Of a stretch of 31,624 bases of DNA, positions 24,819 through 31,624 are shown piece after piece (positions within the stretch are counted from its first letter, which is position 1; every line of letters begins with the position of its first letter). The stretch is from a virus. Lineage: Duplodnaviria; Caudoviricetes. Where the stretch lies: positions 1-31,624 of the IMG/VR virus record IMGVR_UViG_3300049183_000009. One strand, 5' to 3'. The notes under the pieces are model-generated. The model was given only the letters and a program-made list of their open reading frames with translations, was not told where the DNA came from and made no database searches. The position numbers were made by a program, and so were the translations under genes.

Positions 24819-27605
24819 TCAGAAGGGCGCACTATCGTCCTCCTGATCGGCCAAGAAGGCCGCTGCTGGCGTGACTGGGGCGGCAGGCGCTGCGGGCACG
24901 GATGGCACCGCTGGCGCTGGTGCACCGGCCTGCTCCTCCTCATCGTCCGCCGCCTGATCGAGCCCGGCCACCACATCCTTGCGGGGCCAGTTCGCGGGCC
25001 GGTGGTAGCGCCACACGCGTACCCCGGCAATCATCCGCTTGGCATGCTCCCAGCCCTCATGCTTGAGCCAGGCCGTGATCTGCCCCTGCAGCCCGGCGGG
25101 CGCCTTGGCCACGTCCACGCCCAAGGCCTGCACCAGCTGCGCAATGGTCACGTACGGCGCCTCCGAATGCACATACGATGTCGGCCCCGTCGCGTTGGGG
25201 TTGGGCTTGCGCGTCAGCACCACCAGCAGCTCGCTCTCCACGGCCGTCTCCACGAGGCGGCTCTCTTGCATCGGATGGAACAGCCGCTGTTCCTGGTCAG
25301 TGCTCGGCGTGTACGCCTCGCCCTGCAGGTACAGCGCAAACGCCTCGGCCAGCAGCTGCTCGCGCCACTTGGCCACCCACTCCGTCTTGATGCGGTGGCG
25401 CACCGGCACCGGCCAGAACCGCCGGTTCCCCGTGCGGTCCCGCAGGTACGTGTCCTCATTGGTGGTCCCCACCAGAACGCACTGGCGCGGGAAGGCTTCC
25501 ACCGTGGTGCCATAGGCCACCCGGTACCGGTCCACCTTGCTGCTGATAAACGCCTTGATGGCGCCCACCTCGGCCTTGCTGAAGTGCGTCAACTCCGCAA
25601 TCTCATACACCCAGCAGCCTTGCACTTGTTCGGCGCCTTCCTTACCGCGCCCCACCTCAAACGGGGTGTCGCTGTAGTACTCCGACCCGGCCAGAACCTC
25701 CACCAGCGTGGACTTGCGCAGCCCGCCCTCGCCCTCCAGCACCGGGCAGTAGTCAAACTTGCAACCGGGCTCCATCACCCGGTACACCATGCCCAGCAGC
25801 CAGTAGCGGCCCACCAGGCCCAGGTATTCGTACATCGCCGGCCGCAGCGTGTCCGGCGTCTCGCCCAGTGCGTGGGCCAGCCACTTGCTGATGCGCGCCG
25901 TGCTGTCCCACTGCAGCGTGGTCAGCCAGTCGCGCACCGGGTGATAGCGGTGCGCATGCGCCACGGTCTGGATGCCCTCCTCCAGCGCCGCCTTGCTGAT
26001 CGCCGGCAGGCCCCAGGTATCGCTCATCCACTTACCAAGCAGCAACGCATCCGCCCCGCGGATCTCGCCGGGCTTGCTGTATGGCCACGGGAAAGCGCGC
26101 TTGCAAACCACCGTGTTGCGCAGCTCGTCATACGCCACGATGCCGGCCAGGTCCGGCGCCTTCTCCAGCGCCGCGATCACCGTCTTGCGCGACACGTTCC
26201 AGCGCTGCTTTTCGCGGTCGTAATACCAGCTCAGCCACTCGGGCACAAGCCGGCCGCCGCACTTGACCATGCCCTCATCGGCCGCATCCGCATCCGCATC
26301 GGCGGGATCTGCGCCCCCGGTGCCAACGGGGCTATCGATTTTTTTTCCCGCCGCTGGCTTGCTGACGGCCTCCTCTGCAGGCGCATCCATCAGCACCACC
26401 GCGCGACCGAAGAACTCCAGCACACGCTCGCACGTCCAGCCGTCCGTCTCGATGGCATCCTTGCAGTCCCACCCATCAGGCAGCCCGCCGGGCTGCTCAA
26501 TCGGCAGCATGCTCACCGTGCAGCCGTGCGTGTCCCGCAGCAGCGCACCAATGCCCCGCTGCGCCTTCATGCCCGGCTGCTCCAGGTACGGCAGATAGGG
26601 CTTCGACTCTTTCAGCGCGGCCAGCGCCTGGGCAAACTCGGGCAGTTCCCGCACGTCCGCATTGGCAGCCAGGCCCAGCTGCTCGCGCACCTGCACCTCC
26701 AGCGCCTTGCGCTCCGTGGCCGTGGGCTGCACCCGCTTACTGTCGCAGTCCGGCCAACACAGCACCGTGGCCCCGGCAAGCCAGGCCCAGTCCGCTTTCT
26801 GCCAAGCCTTGCACCCGCCGGGCCAGCCGACGACGCAATACACGCCCGGCGCTCCGGCGTCCAGCAGCGCCTGCAGCACGTCCGCTTTGCGCTCGCCCTC
26901 CACCAGCACGACGGTGCGGCCATCGGGCAGCGCACGGCCCGGCAGGTACAGCGGGCGCGGCTCCTCCCATTGCTTCCAGTGCCATCTGGCCCCGCCTTTG
27001 GTCTGGCTCTCGCACCACGTGCGCGCAATGTCATCCTTGCCGCCGTCGCTGGTCCTAAAGCGCACTACGTAGCCAAACAGATCACTGGCGCGCCAGTACT
27101 CCGACACGTGCACGATGTCCGCGTCAGTCCGGTGCTGATGCTTGAAATTGACCTTCGGCGCATACCCCGGCACCGGCGCAATGGCCCGCCAGTTCTCGCG
27201 GTCAGGCGCTGGTTTTGGCGGGGGCGCGGGCCGTGGCTCGCGCACCGGTGGCGCTTTGCCATCCGCCGCCATCACCACCCCCGCCACCTGCTCCAGGCCC
27301 AGCTGGCGGGCCAGCTCCACGCAGGCCTTGGCCATCGTCAGCCCATGGGCCTTGGCGTACAGGCTCAACAGATCGTGCCCGCGCTCCTCGCTGGCAAAGT
27401 CCGCCCATTGGCCGTTGACCAGGTTGATTGAGCAGCTGCTGCCCTTGCCCCCGGCCAGCGAGCCACACACGTACTCATGTCCACGCCGCGCACCACCCGG
27501 CAGCCACTGGGCCACCAGGTCATCCGCCATGGGCAGCAGCGCATCAGCCAGCGCCGCGTAGTTCAGGGGGGGCAAAGGCTCCCGTGGGGTGTTGGCGCCG
27601 CTCAT
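24819..27605 (-). CDS. Primase-helicase: Zn-binding/Toprim N-terminus and VapE-family ATPase
   Basis: EYVCGSL..GKGSSC...WADFA, Toprim VLVEGERKAD and WPDCD, Walker A GEGGLRKST, VGTTN...YLRDRTGNRRFWPV. Confidence 0.9.
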   Translation of the reverse strand: MSGANTPREPLPPLNYAALADALLPMADDLVAQWLPGGARRGHEYVCGSLAGGKGSSCSINLVNGQWADFASEERGHDLLSLYAKAHGLTMAKACVELARQLGLEQVAGVVMAADGKAPPVREPRPAPPPKPAPDRENWRAIAPVPGYAPKVNFKHQHRTDADIVHVSEYWRASDLFGYVVRFRTSDGGKDDIARTWCESQTKGGARWHWKQWEEPRPLYLPGRALPDGRTVVLVEGERKADVLQALLDAGAPGVYCVVGWPGGCKAWQKADWAWLAGATVLCWPDCDSKRVQPTATERKALEVQVREQLGLAANADVRELPEFAQALAALKESKPYLPYLEQPGMKAQRGIGALLRDTHGCTVSMLPIEQPGGLPDGWDCKDAIETDGWTCERVLEFFGRAVVLMDAPAEEAVSKPAAGKKIDSPVGTGGADPADADADAADEGMVKCGGRLVPEWLSWYYDREKQRWNVSRKTVIAALEKAPDLAGIVAYDELRNTVVCKRAFPWPYSKPGEIRGADALLLGKWMSDTWGLPAISKAALEEGIQTVAHAHRYHPVRDWLTTLQWDSTARISKWLAHALGETPDTLRPAMYEYLGLVGRYWLLGMVYRVMEPGCKFDYCPVLEGEGGLRKSTLVEVLAGSEYYSDTPFEVGRGKEGAEQVQGCWVYEIAELTHFSKAEVGAIKAFISSKVDRYRVAYGTTVEAFPRQCVLVGTTNEDTYLRDRTGNRRFWPVPVRHRIKTEWVAKWREQLLAEAFALYLQGEAYTPSTDQEQRLFHPMQESRLVETAVESELLVVLTRKPNPNATGPTSYVHSEAPYVTIAQLVQALGVDVAKAPAGLQGQITAWLKHEGWEHAKRMIAGVRVWRYHRPANWPRKDVVAGLDQAADDEEEQAGAPAPAVPSVPAAPAAPVTPAAAFLADQEDDSAPF

Positions 27606-27676
27606 GCAGCCGCCCCCGCGCGCACATCACAAATGCCGGCGTCTCCACCACCGGCGGCATTCTGTTGCAAGGTCAT
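27602..27676 (-). CDS. 24-aa mini ORF coupled to the primase start
   Basis: MTLQQNAAGGGDAGICDVRAGAAA*; the TGA overlaps the primase ATG. Confidence 0.35.
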   Translation of the reverse strand: MTLQQNAAGGGDAGICDVRAGAAA

Positions 27677-27682
27677 AGGGTG

Positions 27683-27982
27683 TCAGCCGCCCCATACCCG
27701 TAGCACGCTGCCCAGGTCCACAAAGCCCTCATCGTCGCCAGCGGCCACAGCCGCAGCGCACGGCTCATACTCGGCAACAGGCCGGTTGCGGTGCTGCACA
27801 GCCCGCGTACGCACCGGCCGCAGCTGCTTGGCCCGCACCATGTTCGGCACCGTGTTGCGCGCGGCCTTGAACCCCACGCAAGCCTTGGCGGCAATCTCCT
27901 GCAGCGTCGGCGCACGGTCCGGCGTGGCCAGCTGGCGGCAGGCATCCAGCAGCGCCAGGCGCACTTCACCGGCGGGCCGCAT
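27683..27982 (-). CDS. Hypothetical wHTH-like protein
   Basis: PTLQEIAAKACVGFKAARNTVPNMVRA; GGGAGG RBS. Confidence 0.7.
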   Translation of the reverse strand: MRPAGEVRLALLDACRQLATPDRAPTLQEIAAKACVGFKAARNTVPNMVRAKQLRPVRTRAVQHRNRPVAEYEPCAAAVAAGDDEGFVDLGSVLRVWGG

Positions 27983-28463
27983 CGCGTGCCTCCCACTTCT
28001 GCATCGTGCGGGCGTGCTTCGCCTCCATCATCTGCAGCAGTACTTGCCCCTTGCTCACCAGCGCAGCCCACTTGGCCTGAATGTCGCGCATCTCGCGCTC
28101 GCTGATCTCATCGTCGCGGTCCGCAGTGGTCACGGTAGTCACCACCTCGGCCAGCTCGCGCATCAGGCCGGCCACGGCCGAAGCCGTCACCTCATCGGCC
28201 CCCTGGTCCTGGGGCGGCAAGGCCAGCAGCGTGCAGCCCACCGCCTCGGCCACCCTCGTGGGGTATTCCAGGGCATGGGCCGTGCCCGCGTCCGCGCACA
28301 TCGCAGCGATATCGGCCGCGTCCACCGCGCCCAACTTGTACTGCGGCGCCGCGCGCAGCTCCTTTTCAAGCGTGCTGGGCGACTTGCCCAGCCGCACCGC
28401 CACGGCCTCCAGGCCCCCGGGGTAATGGCGCACCGAGCGCCGCACGGAATCGAGTATGTCCAT
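27966..28463 (-). CDS. Phage regulatory CII-family protein
   Basis: HYPGGLEAVAVRLGKSPSTLEKEL HTH and D.EISERE motif; GGAG RBS. Confidence 0.8.
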   Translation of the reverse strand: MDILDSVRRSVRHYPGGLEAVAVRLGKSPSTLEKELRAAPQYKLGAVDAADIAAMCADAGTAHALEYPTRVAEAVGCTLLALPPQDQGADEVTASAVAGLMRELAEVVTTVTTADRDDEISEREMRDIQAKWAALVSKGQVLLQMMEAKHARTMQKWEARDAARR

Positions 28464-28724
28464 CTGCTCCACCTTCATAGACGCTAAAGACGCACCCCTC
28501 CACGCCGCACGACACTGCAGGCATGGAGGGAGAAAAAAGAAAGCACACCACCACGCAGCCGCACAAAGCGCCGCGCACCTGCCCGCGCGCGGCGTACCTT
28601 TTGGAGGGGTGGGAGATAGGCCCCGGCGGCGCGGCCTGGGGCGTGGTGGGTGCAAAAAGGGGCGTCCGCCCGGCCTTGGCATACGATGGCAGCTCCTACA
28701 CAACCATCGCCAAGGAGGGCGGAC

Positions 28725-28910
28725 ATGACAACGATGCAAGCGGCCAAAGAGCGCTTCGTGCAAGCGCAGGCCAAAGCCATGGACGAAGGCAACGACGTCC
28801 AGGAACTGATTGCAATCGGCATGCAAGAGCTGGCCGATGCGCTCGACGCGGAGCTGAAAGAGATCAAGACCCAGCTCCAGGGCCTTGCGAGGAAACTACC
28901 CTCGCGTTGA
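28725..28910 (+). CDS. 61-aa coiled-coil protein antisense to the early right operon
   Basis: AAGGAGG RBS, upstream TACGAT -10-like hexamer, natural helical composition. Confidence 0.7.
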   Translation: MTTMQAAKERFVQAQAKAMDEGNDVQELIAIGMQELADALDAELKEIKTQLQGLARKLPSR

Positions 28911-29208
28911 TCACGTCAAATCCGGCCACAGCGGCCGCAGCCGCAATCACCGCCCGGTTGCGCGTCTCGCAAAGCGCTGCGATCTTGTCCAGGGCGAGCG
29001 TCGCGCGCACCTCGCTGATCACCAGCTGCTCAACCGCGGCTACCTGCCCGGCAGTGAGAGGCAGCGCGCCCGCTCCAGGCACCGCGTCGGAAGCCCTCGC
29101 AAACATAGGGGGCATGCCGGCTCTCGGCACACCCTGGATGCGCCGCGCGACACCCGCGAGACGCGCTGCTCTGCACGCTGCAAGCCGCTCCGTGGTGGTG
29201 CTACGCAT
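28864..29208 (-). CDS. Hypothetical protein downstream of cro
   Basis: GGAGG RBS inside the cro 3' end; the start overlaps the end of cro. Confidence 0.5.
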   Translation of the reverse strand: MRSTTTERLAACRAARLAGVARRIQGVPRAGMPPMFARASDAVPGAGALPLTAGQVAAVEQLVISEVRATLALDKIAALCETRNRAVIAAAAAVAGFDVINARVVSSQGPGAGS

Positions 29209-29419
29209 GAGCCACCTCCCCCGCGCTGGTCGAGTCCGCAGGCCGACACACCTGGTCCCGCAGTCGCTTCAACGCCTCACCAATGGTGTAGCGCGGGTCT
29301 TTGGTGCGCCCTGCCGCCAGATCGCTGATGGTGGATTGCGCGCAACCACACTCCGCAGCAATACGCGGCTGACTCCAGCCCGCGGCTTGGATATCGGCGA
29401 TGACAACAGTCCAGTTCAT
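29201..29419 (-). CDS. Cro-like HTH repressor
   Basis: GWSQPRIAAECGCAQSTISDLAAGRTKDPRY; divergent from cI. Confidence 0.88.
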   Translation of the reverse strand: MNWTVVIADIQAAGWSQPRIAAECGCAQSTISDLAAGRTKDPRYTIGEALKRLRDQVCRPADSTSAGEVAHA

Positions 29420-29427
29420 GGACCGGG

Positions 29428-29487
29428 AATATATCGGATTTCCGGTTATTGTGAAAGCGGAATTCCGTTGAAGCTATCGACTAGCCT
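29428..29487. promoter_or_regulatory. OR region: two operators with pR- and pRM-like promoters
   Basis: Operators ATCGGATTTCCGGT (29433-29446) and AGCGGAATTCCGTT (29456-29469). Minus-strand TTCACA-16-TATATT. Plus-strand -10-like TAGCCT (29482-29487). Confidence 0.75.
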
Positions 29488-29493
29488 ATGAGG

Positions 29494-30027
29494 ATGGCCC
29501 GCCCTCCTCGTGAACGATCAGCATTCGGCGAACGGCTCCTCGCTGCTCGCAAGCACGCAGGACTGTCGCAGAGCGACCTGGCAAAGGCCGTCGGCATGTC
29601 CCAGAGCGGCTTGGCAGAGGCAGAGATGTCGGCGCAAGGGTCCTCCAAAACTGCTCAGATCGCCGCAGTCACTGGCGTCAACCCAAAGTGGCTTGCAGAC
29701 GGCGAAGGCGCAATGCTTATTGCGGCCGAGCCCGCACCTCCGTACCAGATCGCCCCCACTACCCGGCCGGCAGCTTCGCCCATACCCATCGGCCCGAGCG
29801 TCGCGGTGCATAGCCTCATCAGCCAGCTGGGCGAACTGCTCGAACAGCACGATCACCTCGCCCGCCTTTCAATTGCCCCCCTGCTGCAGCGCCTGGCAGA
29901 GCACCCCCAGGAGCGCGCTGCAATTGCACAACACGTCCACAGGGCACTATCTGGCAGCATGGGAAACGAGCGAGCGCCAGAATCTTCAGATTCCCAGACC
30001 GGCGCCAAACAGACGACCGGGAAGTAA
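29494..30027 (+). CDS. CI-like XRE-family repressor without an S24 peptidase domain (alternative start 29488)
   Basis: FGERLLAARKHAGLSQSDLAKAVGMSQSGL...IAAVTGVNPKWLADGEG. Confidence 0.88.
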   Translation: MARPPRERSAFGERLLAARKHAGLSQSDLAKAVGMSQSGLAEAEMSAQGSSKTAQIAAVTGVNPKWLADGEGAMLIAAEPAPPYQIAPTTRPAASPIPIGPSVAVHSLISQLGELLEQHDHLARLSIAPLLQRLAEHPQERAAIAQHVHRALSGSMGNERAPESSDSQTGAKQTTGK

Positions 30028-30053
30028 ATCGCTAACTACAGAGGGAGGGCATC

Positions 30054-30317
30054 ATGTTTCTGTACATACTCACCTGCATCGGGGCGCTGCTTGGAGCGAT
30101 GATGCTGCTGATCTTTGGGCTTACCGCCTCAAGCGCGCCTCAGCAAGCAGCCAGCGCCGCCGTGGCGGTAGCCCTCGCAGTTCTACCCTACTGCTTCGCC
30201 CGTGCAGTCCACTTGGCGGGTGCGGAGGGGCGCAAAAAGAAGCACGAACGCGCGGTGCTGGAACGCCTGGATAAGCTCATCGAGGCTCAAACCAAGAGCA
30301 TTAGCGGCAATCAATGA
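30054..30317 (+). CDS. Small 2-TM membrane protein co-oriented with cI
   Basis: GAGGGAGG RBS; two TMs flank SAPQQAA, followed by LPYCFARAV and a charged tail. Confidence 0.8.
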   Translation: MFLYILTCIGALLGAMMLLIFGLTASSAPQQAASAAVAVALAVLPYCFARAVHLAGAEGRKKKHERAVLERLDKLIEAQTKSISGNQ

Positions 30318-30348
30318 GCTTCTTCCACCGCTACTCGGTCGATAAATT

Positions 30349-30389
30349 ATCGGAAAACCGTTGACAGAATAAACCGGATTTCCGATACT
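30349..30389 (+). promoter_or_regulatory. pL-like promoter with two OL operators
   Basis: TTGACA (30361)-17 bp-GATACT (30384), overlapped by ATCGGAAAACCGTT (30349-30362) and ACCGGATTTCCGAT (30373-30386). Confidence 0.88.
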
Positions 30390-30417
30390 GCCCTCGTTTT
30401 CACGAACGAGGGCAGCA

Positions 30418-30735
30418 ATGCACACCTATCCCACCCCACCCAGTGCACACGCGTGCACTCCGCGCCCCGAGCGGCGCCACAAACCGCGCAACTACGGCAG
30501 AGTCATTGCCGGTGACGGCAGCGACCCGCTGACCTCCTCCGCCAAGCGGGATCACCGCGCAGAGTGGAACGCGCTCAACTCCGCCCAGAAGGAAGTCCAG
30601 GCCCGCGACCAGCTGGTGGCCATGAGGGACCGCACGCCGTGGAACAGCCCTGAACTGATGGCGCTGTCGTACGCAGTCGCCGTGCTGACCGTCAAGATCG
30701 AAGGCCGGCAACGGGCCGAAGGCGGTGCAGTATGA
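30418..30735 (+). CDS. First early-left hypothetical protein
   Basis: GAGGG RBS right after pL; ATGA-coupled to the next gene. Confidence 0.7.
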   Translation: MHTYPTPPSAHACTPRPERRHKPRNYGRVIAGDGSDPLTSSAKRDHRAEWNALNSAQKEVQARDQLVAMRDRTPWNSPELMALSYAVAVLTVKIEGRQRAEGGAV

Positions 30736-31478
30736 GTCGCGCCGTCAACCACTTGCTGCGCCAGATGCAGCACGATCCTCGCCTGGCGTGGCTGATCGGC
30801 CCCGGCAGCCGCAGCTACGAGCTGCTGACCGAAGAGGCCGCAGCAGCCAACAACCTCGACATTGAGGAGCTGCGCAAGCAGCACACGGCAACGCTCAAGT
30901 TTGAACGGTGGCCGCGCCGGGAAGACGGCGCCGCACCAACCTCAGTGCACAACCTTGTAGCCTGCAAGCCGCTCCAGGCGGGCGCTGTAGGCCGTCCAGT
31001 GGGCGGCGCTATCGGTGGGCACACACCCATCGTTGTAGAGGTATATGCACTGGGGGTCGGGGTCGCCCTTGTACGAGAGGGCAGCAACCTGCGCGGCGCT
31101 CAAGGCACGTTTGAACTTGAAGCGAATGGGAAACGCGTCGTAATCGACCCACTCCGTAGTCGCAAAACCCAGCGGCTTGTACCGCCGGTTCAGGGCGATG
31201 TAGCTGCCATCGGCCTGCCGCTGCAGGCAGTAAACCAGCATGAGATGGCGCAGTTCAGAAGTCGTGTCTCGGGTAGCCATAACGGTGCCTCCTCCCAGGC
31301 AAAAGCCGCCATTCTGAGCCTGCCACAGGGCTGGGGCAAGACAACGATGGCACCGGCGATGGCCGCTTTCCTGGGCCTGCATTGGATCGTGGAGGAATGG
31401 CACCCCGCACAGCACATCGTGCCGGGCGCCCTGCACCTAACCAGCGAGCCAGTGGACTCGGAAGGCGGTGCCGCATGA
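30732..31478 (+). CDS. Early hypothetical ORF, apparently two modules joined across an antisense gene
   Basis: N-terminal ~65 aa module (DPRLAWLIGPGS) and a C-terminal P-loop-like module (PQGWGKTT...IVEEW...GALHLT). Both ends are ATGA-coupled. Confidence 0.55.
   Translation: MSRAVNHLLRQMQHDPRLAWLIGPGSRSYELLTEEAAAANNLDIEELRKQHTATLKFERWPRREDGAAPTSVHNLVACKPLQAGAVGRPVGGAIGGHTPIVVEVYALGVGVALVREGSNLRGAQGTFELEANGKRVVIDPLRSRKTQRLVPPVQGDVAAIGLPLQAVNQHEMAQFRSRVSGSHNGASSQAKAAILSLPQGWGKTTMAPAMAAFLGLHWIVEEWHPAQHIVPGALHLTSEPVDSEGGAA
30942..31280 (-). CDS. 112-aa hypothetical protein nested antisense in the early-left operon
   Basis: GGAGGAGG RBS; promoter-like TTGCCC-17-CAGAAT (31339-31311); globular sequence YCLQRQADGSYIALNRRYKPLG...IYLYNDGCVPT. 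Confidence 0.75.
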   Translation of the reverse strand: MATRDTTSELRHLMLVYCLQRQADGSYIALNRRYKPLGFATTEWVDYDAFPIRFKFKRALSAAQVAALSYKGDPDPQCIYLYNDGCVPTDSAAHWTAYSARLERLAGYKVVH

Positions 31479-31609
31479 TCCCCTGCACCATCACCGCCGG
31501 CCGCGTCCGCTACAGCGGCCTGTTCCCCAGCACGTGCGCCGCCGTCCTCGACGCCATGGCGCGCTTCCCCGCCGCCCGGTGCATCAGCGTGAGGAGCCTC
31601 AAGCCATGA
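31475..31609 (+). CDS. 44-aa hypothetical phage protein
   Basis: MIPCTITAGRVRYSGLFPSTCAAVLDAMARFPAARCISV...; ATGA overlaps at both ends. The next gene starts at 31606 and is cut by the window edge. Confidence 0.65.
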   Translation: MIPCTITAGRVRYSGLFPSTCAAVLDAMARFPAARCISVRSLKP

Positions 31610-31624
31610 GCGCCCCCATCCAGC

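Larger units (their letters stand above)
370..31624. mobile_element. HK97/lambda-like temperate siphovirus prophage, continuing beyond the right edge
   Basis: Contiguous lysis, tail, head, packaging, Q, replication, immunity and early modules. The left boundary is inferred from the abrupt codon/AT shift in the 3' end of gloA and is approximate. Confidence 0.93.

Noticed and set aside
24813-27431. 872-aa plus-strand ORF opposite the primase
   Set aside because: Codon-aligned shadow of a GC-rich gene, with Arg/His/Ala-rich composition and no motifs.
28464-28867. Upstream extension of the CII-like ORF and ORF 28484-28867
   Set aside because: Low-complexity shadow of the plus-strand 61-aa gene. 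CII has a good RBS at 28463.
1-31624. Integrase or a named anti-phage defence system
   Set aside because: No recombinase or recognisable defence-family motifs were seen. The integrase is expected beyond the right edge.

Overview
The window holds the host gene gloA (2-445) followed by about 31 kb of an HK97/lambda-like siphoviral prophage. The host is a GC-rich bacterium; a Comamonadaceae-like betaproteobacterium is my impression only. The prophage appears to be integrated in the 3' end of gloA. Moving away from that end, the order is: an SOS-box-preceded gene and a membrane moron; a lysis cassette (Rz with embedded Rz1, M15 peptidase endolysin, two holin-like genes, an SGNH lipoprotein); a compact tail module (fibres, tape measure, G/GT chaperones with a -1 frameshift, tube); head and packaging genes (HK97 capsid, ClpP protease, portal, terminases, HNH); a Q-like antiterminator with pR'/tR'; an iteron array; a primase-VapE helicase; CII-like, Cro and CI genes with four operators; and the start of the pL early operon. 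No integrase is present, so it presumably lies right of the window. The most interesting unexplained features are a ~225-nt end-paired structured RNA candidate behind the late terminator, a 33-aa ORF with an attenuator-like leader before the tail tube gene, a pseudoknot over the chaperone start region, two antisense genes nested in the early operons, a non-cleavable repressor together with an SOS-box gene at the prophage end, an SGNH lipoprotein in the lysis cassette, and a ~315-aa globular insert in the tape measure. All calls come from motif reading and gene order; no searches were run.
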